Below are positions 16,846-23,305 of a stretch of 64,000 nucleotides of DNA, piece after piece. Every line of letters begins with the position of its first letter. Within the stretch, counting starts at the first letter, position 1. The notes below the pieces were generated by a model. That model was not told the origin of the DNA, did not search any database, and saw only the letters and a list, made by a program, of their open reading frames with translations. Location: positions 1 through 64,000 of IMG/VR virus record IMGVR_UViG_3300046787_000129; one strand, written 5' to 3'. The position numbers and the translations under genes were made by a program. This stretch comes from a virus.

Positions 16846-17104
16846 TTGTATTTCTTCTTTCTTTCTTTATACCTAAAGCCTATACCCTACCTAGGACATT
16901 GTCAATACGACACGCCGATAAATGGGAAAGTTTTTTAACAATCTTAGATAGTTATCCACAGAGTTATCCACAGGGCCGACCCCATGGGTCGCCATTTGTC
17001 AAGCCTATTTAGATAACGATTAGATAACAAACAATGTGATCGAGATCGCCCATATTGTCGGGGGTATCTGATAGGCTATACCCATATAGAGAAAGGTACC
17101 ACAC

Positions 17105-17223
17105 ATGACCATAGAACAATCAATCGCATTCATTATATTCATTATCGCTATCACTATCGCCTAATGGAATGGGTTATCTTGGCAGTAGTAGTAGCCATCC
17201 TTGTCATGGTGAAGGATAGCTAA
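17105..17223 (+). CDS. two 19-aa hydrophobic micropeptides (17105-17164, 17164-17223)
   Basis: MTIEQSIAFIIFIIAITIA and MEWVILAVVVAILVMVKDS; GAAAGG RBS; TAATG coupling. Confidence 0.55.
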
Positions 17224-17347
17224 CGTTATGAATCTGTTACAAAAAGATTTCCGACACGCCGTGTATGGATTTGACAAATGCTTAGTTATCTGATTAACTA
17301 TAGGTAGATAAATAAATAGTAAGTTTCAAAAAAGAAAGGACATTCAC

Positions 17348-17548
17348 ATGTCACTAGTTACACTAAACAACCAGGGTATCAAGGTTCTAGCAACCAACCC
17401 ATTCTTCTACTCATACCTAGAGTCATACCAATCTCTAGTATGCTGTGGTGAATACCAAGATGTTCACTACTGCTTCGCTCACAACACCAAGGCAGGATGT
17501 GCCTTCTGTGAGACCGATGTCTCAGCCCCTTGCGAGTGTGAAGGGTAA
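17348..17548 (+). CDS. Cys-rich hypothetical protein
   Basis: CC...HYC.AH...CAFC...CEC; AAGGA RBS. Confidence 0.7.
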   Translation: MSLVTLNNQGIKVLATNPFFYSYLESYQSLVCCGEYQDVHYCFAHNTKAGCAFCETDVSAPCECEG

Positions 17549-17747
17549 CACCTAAGCATTGGGTGTGCGTATATCCTGAGTTTGGGGTGTACGTACTGCC
17601 CTAGCAGTGTGCTCACTATATAAAATGTTGATTTTTATACGGAAACGTGTATCATACATCTCTAAAAAATATTCAGATTTTTGTCATTTTGGTTTTTGCA
17701 TAATTTTTCAGAATTTGCAAGATATATTTATAACGTTTGTATAACGT

Positions 17748-17954
17748 TTATGTTAAATCTTTGTTACGTAACTTAGTTTTTGCATAATTTTCACGGTATG
17801 CACGTACGTAACCTATCTGATATGCTACAAAAGCCTCTGTGGTAGGTCTTTTGTTGGAATAATATCTCTTTGCAGCTTCAAAAGCTTCTGCACGAAGAGA
17901 TTTTCCATCTGGCTCTGCAAAATATCGAAGGTATGTAATGAATTTCTTGATCAT
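17748..17954 (-). CDS. basic hypothetical protein, leaderless
   Basis: TATAAT 6 nt before ATG. Confidence 0.65.
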   Translation of the reverse strand: MIKKFITYLRYFAEPDGKSLRAEAFEAAKRYYSNKRPTTEAFVAYQIGYVRAYRENYAKTKLRNKDLT

Positions 17955-18011
17955 GGACTCATTATACTGTAATTTGCAACGGTAAACCTATAAAAATGTT
18001 ATAATTGCGTT

Positions 18012-18065
18012 ATGAAAACAAATCCTGAATGCAAATGCGATAACTGCAAGTGCGGTAAAGCCTAA
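18012..18065 (+). CDS. 17-aa metallothionein-like micropeptide
   Basis: MKTNPECKCDNCKCGKA; TGTTATAAT 6 nt before ATG. Confidence 0.5.
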   Translation: MKTNPECKCDNCKCGKA

Positions 18066-18149
18066 GTTCTTGTACTATATCGTACAAATAGCATAAATAT
18101 AGCCATCCATATCACTGATGCTGCTATGCCTAGCAAAACATATCCAATT

Positions 18150-18356
18150 TTACGAATCAACACGGATTCCAAACTCTTTGAGCTTAAGATTTACTAATTT
18201 TGTAGAAATATTCAGATAATTGGCTACGCCAGACACAGTTTTAAGCTCGTCTACAAGATTTACAAGGTTTTCCTTGTTGTGGTGTGGCTTTGTGTTACGA
18301 AAATCGTTCAATTCTTTGTTTGCCAGATCATTCTGATCAGGGATCTTGGATTCCAT
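18150..18356 (-). CDS. small HTH (Fis-like) DNA-binding protein
   Basis: TVSGVANYLNISTKLVNLKLKEFGI. Confidence 0.6.
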   Translation of the reverse strand: MESKIPDQNDLANKELNDFRNTKPHHNKENLVNLVDELKTVSGVANYLNISTKLVNLKLKEFGIRVDS

Positions 18357-18426
18357 GTCTCTCCTTATGGTTTAGTTTAAATTTTTCGGGGAATCAATCA
18401 TCTCTGATGATCTTTTGAGCAAATGC

Positions 18427-18663
18427 TCACCATTTCTGTATAGGACAATGAGCTCTCTCAAGAGTAGTCTTGAGTCTCATAAAACATCCACACTTGGTGC
18501 ATTGCTCTAATCGATGATTAAAGAATTCACAGCTACGACAGATGGCCAACCTATCTTCTTTAAGCTGAGAATCGCTTCTAGGCTCCTTTGGATTGAATAG
18601 TGATAAGAACTGTACATCTTTCTTATTATTCGCTCCTGGGGCATCCTGTGGCTTCTCCGACAT
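18427..18663 (-). CDS. DUF6171-like Cys protein, paralog 1
   Basis: R..ICRSC...QCTKCGCFM.LKT....CP..KW. Confidence 0.75.
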   Translation of the reverse strand: MSEKPQDAPGANNKKDVQFLSLFNPKEPRSDSQLKEDRLAICRSCEFFNHRLEQCTKCGCFMRLKTTLERAHCPIQKW

Positions 18664-18905
18664 GTTTCTATATTAGCACAAAGCTTTAAACTTTGCAAAC
18701 ATATATCCGCAAATCTTAAAACCATATTTAATAAAATCTTAAAACTATATTTATATATTTCTACCTATGTGAATGCTTGCATTCAAAGTGTAGATGGTTA
18801 CTCTTATTCCGCCGAATTTTTCGCCGCTTCTTTTTGTTCCATTTTGCGAACTTATCCACATAGTTATCCACAGGTGTTTAAATATTCATTTATAATTGTA
18901 CTATT

Positions 18906-19193
18906 ATGAGTTTTACTGATTGGGCTGGATTTATTCTAACAAGTTTGTCAATACTTGCTATCCTCGGTATAGGACTCAGATGGGTAATTAGACATTACCT
19001 AAAAGATATACTTCATGAAGTCAAACCTAACAGTGGTCAATCAATAAAAGATCAGGTTACTAGACTGGAAAAGAATTTCTCTAAAATAGAACATCAGCAA
19101 ATAGAAGCAGATCTTCTTAGAAAAGAAATGAATAAAAAAATAGATCACATGTACGATGTTCTATTAGATTACATTTCAAAATCAAGTAGATAA
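18906..19193 (+). CDS. single-TM coiled-coil membrane protein (holin-like/lysis accessory?)
   Basis: N-terminal TM, KPNSGQSIKDQVTRLE. Confidence 0.55.
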   Translation: MSFTDWAGFILTSLSILAILGIGLRWVIRHYLKDILHEVKPNSGQSIKDQVTRLEKNFSKIEHQQIEADLLRKEMNKKIDHMYDVLLDYISKSSR

Positions 19194-19425
19194 TCAGGCT
19201 GCCGAGAAGGCTGCGATCTGATTATATTTATTATATATAAAAGCTATATAGCTAGTAAAACATATCTTATATATTATTTCTTTTATTTATTAATTATATA
19301 TAAGATAGCACACAAATTTACTTTGTCAACACTTTTTTAATATATTTTCATATATCTTTTTTATAACAATTTAATAGTTGTGTATTATAAACAAACAAAC
19401 TCAAAGTTTATGGTATACTTTATAC

Positions 19426-19478
19426 AACTGGTGCCCAGGTTTGTCTCTCATACCCACCGACTTGGGCATCAGTTTTTA
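19426..19478 (+). ncRNA. candidate ~50-nt hairpin sRNA
   Basis: TGGTATACT promoter at 19411; 15-bp stem with G-U pairs on + strand; loop UGUCUCUCAUACCCACC; U-run. Confidence 0.55.
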
Positions 19479-19507
19479 TTTTATTTTAGTGATATAATTG
19501 AGGTAAT

Positions 19508-19885
19508 ATGAGTACTTCAATATCTGATTCGTTTGGACTTACACCAGCACACGTTAAATGGAACGTTGTTAGGGGAGATACCTCTGAGCTCTTTGTAGAG
19601 TTCCTTGAGAATGACGAGTCAACGGTTTATGATATCTCAGATTGGGAATTCTCGTCAAGTGCCTATGATTTTAAAGGTGACGTTGTTGATGAGCTAGATG
19701 TAGTTCCTAGTGCAGAAGGCGTAACAATCATTGCACAGTCCGACATCACTCAATATTGGGGTACTGGGTATAATTCAACCGTAGCAGAGCTAGCCTTTGA
19801 TCTACAGGTGATTGTCAATAATAAAGTTTGGACTCCAATCATCGGAACCATAAAGGTTCAAGCTGATGTAACTGGAGGACTATAA
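19508..19885 (+). CDS. small Ig-like virion protein (RGDT paralog 1)
   Basis: VVRGDT...FDLQV...GTIKVQADVT. Confidence 0.7.
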   Translation: MSTSISDSFGLTPAHVKWNVVRGDTSELFVEFLENDESTVYDISDWEFSSSAYDFKGDVVDELDVVPSAEGVTIIAQSDITQYWGTGYNSTVAELAFDLQVIVNNKVWTPIIGTIKVQADVTGGL

Positions 19886-19974
19886 TGGCAGTTATTAGAA
19901 TTTCAACAGTAGACGAGAGTCTACCGCCTCTAATTAGAGTGCAAAAGAAGATTTATAAAGTTAAGGTGAAGTAG
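19885..19974 (+). CDS. 29-aa partner peptide
   Basis: MAVIRISTVDESLPPLIRVQKKIYKVKVK, coupled on both sides. Confidence 0.5.
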   Translation: MAVIRISTVDESLPPLIRVQKKIYKVKVK

Positions 19975-20361
19975 ATGGCATTTCCAGGAACATTTGATAT
20001 TCAGTATTACCGTGGAGACACGTACGAATTTAAGCTATACCCGAAAGATGCAACTGGTGCCGCATATAACCTAGATGGCTACGACCTGACTACTGGTGTA
20101 GAGTTTACATTCTCTACCGCAAGAGGCTTTGCTGGATCAGACACCAAGAGAAAGTGTCTTTCTAGAATATCATCAGACAGAACCTACATTCTTTGTGTCA
20201 TTAGACCAGAAGATTCAGCGTTTATGACAAACGGACTAGATTATGTCTATGACGTTCAGATTTCAAAGCCTGCCCTTGTAGAGGGCGACTACGACACTAT
20301 CATTACTCTACTTACTGGAAACATCGCAGTAACTGAGCAGGTTACAGGAGCTACTGCGTAA
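19975..20361 (+). CDS. small Ig-like virion protein (RGDT paralog 2)
   Basis: YRGDT...YVYDVQI...LLTGNIAVTEQVT. Confidence 0.7.
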   Translation: MAFPGTFDIQYYRGDTYEFKLYPKDATGAAYNLDGYDLTTGVEFTFSTARGFAGSDTKRKCLSRISSDRTYILCVIRPEDSAFMTNGLDYVYDVQISKPALVEGDYDTIITLLTGNIAVTEQVTGATA

Positions 20362-21188
20362 TGGATCTACTAGTATCTACAGAGGACATCTCAATATTCG
20401 GTGGACCAACAAGCATTGATGTGAATGTTGGAACTGGAGAGCAGGGTACTCGTGGAACCTATATCTTTACTGGGACAGATAGACCTGGAGACTTAACTGC
20501 CAGCGAATTTCTAGATAACGTAACTGGGTTCAGCAAGTCTGTTCAGCCAAAAGATCTATACATCAATCTGAACCCATCTGACCAAGAGTATTTATATCTC
20601 TATCAGTACGATCAGATTGCTGGGGGTACGTACCAGTGGAACAAGACTCTAAGACTGGTTCCAAATACAGCTATTGCAAATATTCAGGTTCCGTTCTATA
20701 ATGGCAAGGCAATAACATACGTTCCAGATTCTGGAAAGATGACTTTGACTGAGCTAGTTCCACTGCTAGACACCATAGTTGCATCTCCAACAGCCCCTAG
20801 CTCACCAACGCAGGATGATCTCTGGTTGGACCTAGCTACAAATCCACTTCAGCTAAAAATGTATGACTCATCGGCTTGGGTGAAGCAGGGTCTTGTTTAT
20901 CAGGAACAGAGATTTCCACTATCACTATACTTCGACCTATCTCAGCTAGGAACAGAGATTGACGAGTCAAAATTTAACATTCAGTACAACGTTCTGAGTG
21001 CCAGCGGCAACCCTGTGTCATCAAGCATAACTGTTAGCCCAACAATAGCGTCAACAACAGATGGAATACTTCTGCCAATATCAGTTAGCAGCATCGAGGC
21101 AACTATTGATGCACTAACATCAGAAGTTACATGGGCACCATTGCAGGGCCTCCAGACAGTACATTTACTAATGACAGCAGGAGTATAA
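20361..21188 (+). CDS. virion structural protein
   Basis: G.QG.RG motif; P.....DLWLD repeat. Confidence 0.65.
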   Translation: MDLLVSTEDISIFGGPTSIDVNVGTGEQGTRGTYIFTGTDRPGDLTASEFLDNVTGFSKSVQPKDLYINLNPSDQEYLYLYQYDQIAGGTYQWNKTLRLVPNTAIANIQVPFYNGKAITYVPDSGKMTLTELVPLLDTIVASPTAPSSPTQDDLWLDLATNPLQLKMYDSSAWVKQGLVYQEQRFPLSLYFDLSQLGTEIDESKFNIQYNVLSASGNPVSSSITVSPTIASTTDGILLPISVSSIEATIDALTSEVTWAPLQGLQTVHLLMTAGV

Positions 21189-21189
21189 C

Positions 21190-21621
21190 ATGACATCAGA
21201 AAGCATTGGAGCAGTATTTCCAACACAGATACCTGGAATTTCAGATAACGCAGATATTCAGCTCGCATTGAAGCTTTACCACTACGGACAATCAACATCT
21301 CCAGCTACTCAATCTCAGTCAGTTCGTAACTCTATTTCTGGACACTTAAACAATCTAGACGTTAGAACTATTGCCTTGGAGACTCAGGGTATTGGATCTA
21401 TCGTACAAAATGATGAGCCTACTGGAACCATTCCAAATGGATATATCTGGGTAGACAAAGACTCTGTAGCACCAGTAATCCCAGACTTTATTGCAAAGTA
21501 TCAAACATCTGCTCCAACTGGAACTATTGCAACTGGAGCTTTATGGGTAGACTCAGACTCAAGCCCACTAACAATGTATGTCTACAGCGGCACTGCATGG
21601 AGAGCGATTGGTAGCGTATAA
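21190..21621 (+). CDS. fibre-associated protein
   Basis: Two PTGTI..G..WVD.D repeats. Confidence 0.65.
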   Translation: MTSESIGAVFPTQIPGISDNADIQLALKLYHYGQSTSPATQSQSVRNSISGHLNNLDVRTIALETQGIGSIVQNDEPTGTIPNGYIWVDKDSVAPVIPDFIAKYQTSAPTGTIATGALWVDSDSSPLTMYVYSGTAWRAIGSV

Positions 21622-22235
21622 TGACAACGATTAGTTCAGTAGGAAAAGCAGCATATATTTACGATGCTGCAACAACAACTTGGTATCCACTAGCTGGCTC
21701 TACCAATCCAGCAGCAGACATTGACTGGACTGGAACTCAAAGCTTTGCAAACACAGCCACGTTCAAAGGTGGAGTAATCGCAAGACTTGGAACAAATAAT
21801 TTTCAGAATGCAGCAGCAAGAGATTCTGCAATACCTTCACCAGTAGCAGGAACAGTTTGCTTTATCCAAGATACAAAGCAGCTACAGTACTACGATAATG
21901 GCTGGAAGGTTTATGGGGATAATGCACTATTATCAACAAAGACTTCTGGATTCACCATAGCACTTACTGACTCGGGAAGAACCATTGAGGTAGACTCGGC
22001 AACTAACGTTGCCATCACAATTCCTAAAAATGCCACTGTAGCATTTCCAATTGGAACTCAGCTGTCATTTATACAGGTCGGAGCAGGCTCAGTAACCTTT
22101 GTCGCCGCAGATACTCTAGTGACGACAATACTTAGCAAAAATAGCAATAAGAAGATTGCGGCAAGATATTCAGCAGCAACCCTGATCAAGAAGTCAACCG
22201 ATTCCTGGTATCTAATCGGTGACTTGACGGCATAG
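21621..22235 (+). CDS. fibre protein with C-terminal socket domain (copy 1)
   Basis: VAFPIGTQ...GAG.V...K..A.YS.A.L.K..TD.W.L.GDL. Confidence 0.7.
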   Translation: MTTISSVGKAAYIYDAATTTWYPLAGSTNPAADIDWTGTQSFANTATFKGGVIARLGTNNFQNAAARDSAIPSPVAGTVCFIQDTKQLQYYDNGWKVYGDNALLSTKTSGFTIALTDSGRTIEVDSATNVAITIPKNATVAFPIGTQLSFIQVGAGSVTFVAADTLVTTILSKNSNKKIAARYSAATLIKKSTDSWYLIGDLTA

Positions 22236-22243
22236 GCTTAATC

Positions 22244-23038
22244 ATGCTAGGCTCAATAACTATATACGGTGGTAGCAAGGGTATGGTCGCCATGCCAAAT
22301 CTATCTGGGCTAACAAGAACTGCAGCAATTTCAGCTATTGAGTCAGCTGGTCTTGTATTCCTATCTAGCACAAACTCTACAACGTCAACATCTAGCGATG
22401 ATGGAAAAATATCTTCTCAGTCAATTGCAGCAGGCACTTTAGTAGATTACGAAAGTCCTATCTCGATAGGTATTTGGTCATACCAGGCACCAGCAGGGCC
22501 AGTTATCACTTTTGTTACAGATCCAACGGTATACGAAGTTAACGATGGAGACTATGAGTGTTCTCCAATAACAGCCTACATGAAAATACAGGATAGAAAA
22601 AATATTACTTATACTTACAGATACGTAGACGGAGTAAAGGATAACAGCTATACTCCAACTACCAATTTTGTTAGCCAAGCAAATACCATATACACCTATA
22701 ATTCTACTGACTGTGGATACGTTGCTCCACCAGCAGTTACATGCACAACCAGTCAGAGCCTTATATCTAATGGAACATGCAGCAATGGCTATAAGACTAA
22801 AACAGTTATGGACGTTACCAACTGTAGTGATGGAAGTTCAAGTTCTGGTAGTCCATATAATATAACTGAAGAATGCTGCGTATCATTAGGAACAACTTAT
22901 AGCAATTGTACCTCTTGCGTCTGTGCTTACAAGACTTGCGATGCTGTAACTAGCACACTTTGTGGATCTGTGACAACAACACACCCAGCAGTAAGAGTTT
23001 CAGTTTCTTGCACTGGTGGAGGTTTAGGCCCTTGCTAA
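22244..23038 (+). CDS. PASTA-domain plus Cys-rich putative adhesin
   Basis: MPNLSGLTRTAAISAIESAGL...GKISSQS.AAGT.V is a PASTA pattern; Cys-rich C-terminus. Confidence 0.7.
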   Translation: MLGSITIYGGSKGMVAMPNLSGLTRTAAISAIESAGLVFLSSTNSTTSTSSDDGKISSQSIAAGTLVDYESPISIGIWSYQAPAGPVITFVTDPTVYEVNDGDYECSPITAYMKIQDRKNITYTYRYVDGVKDNSYTPTTNFVSQANTIYTYNSTDCGYVAPPAVTCTTSQSLISNGTCSNGYKTKTVMDVTNCSDGSSSSGSPYNITEECCVSLGTTYSNCTSCVCAYKTCDAVTSTLCGSVTTTHPAVRVSVSCTGGGLGPC

Positions 23039-23066
23039 TAGATTATTTTTATAGTATACTTTTAAA

Positions 23067-23270
23067 ATGTCAATTAAAAAGTTTGCTTTTGTCGCTGAAG
23101 GCGACGTGTTTCATACCTGGGAATTAACAATAGATGAGCATGGACATGGTCCAGAAATGCTGATCGCTGGATTGCAGTCAAACCCAATAGTCGTAGAGGT
23201 CTTAGATACAAATCTGCCAGTAGGTCCAGGCTGGACTTTCGACGGTACAAAGCTCGTACCACCTAATTAA
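23067..23270 (+). CDS. small fibre-chaperone-like protein
   Basis: FAFVAEGDV...SNP...GWTFDGTKLVPP; paralogous to C-half of 31769. Confidence 0.55.
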   Translation: MSIKKFAFVAEGDVFHTWELTIDEHGHGPEMLIAGLQSNPIVVEVLDTNLPVGPGWTFDGTKLVPPN

Positions 23271-23305
23271 TAATCTATTATGGTATAATTAGTGTCAGGT
23301 GACCA

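Larger units (their letters stand above)
5629..17002. repeat. ten dispersed composite intergenic elements centred on GGYCGRCC
   Basis: Cores at 5629, 8338, 9536, 11399, 12687, 14084, 14972, 15371 (GGCCGACT), 16028, 16974. Confidence 0.8.
10054..17077. promoter_or_regulatory. family of TGTC-N12-TANNNT promoters (PafBC/RecA-NDp geometry)
   Basis: - strand at 10054, 10494, 11065, 11324, 13999, 14499, 14672, 14871, 15270, 15741, 16434, 16682, 16877 (TGTA variant 12117); + strand at 17056; spacing 12 in all. Confidence 0.8.
4931..18872 (+). promoter_or_regulatory. eight perfect DnaA boxes TTATCCACA
   Basis: 4931, 14962, 16006, 16018, 16952, 16964, 18852, 18864. Confidence 0.8.

Noticed and set aside
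5629-17002. CRISPR array or integron attC array
   Set aside because: Conserved cores are only 8 bp with kb-scale irregular spacing; no GTTRRRY/RYYYAAC structure; no cas or integrase seen
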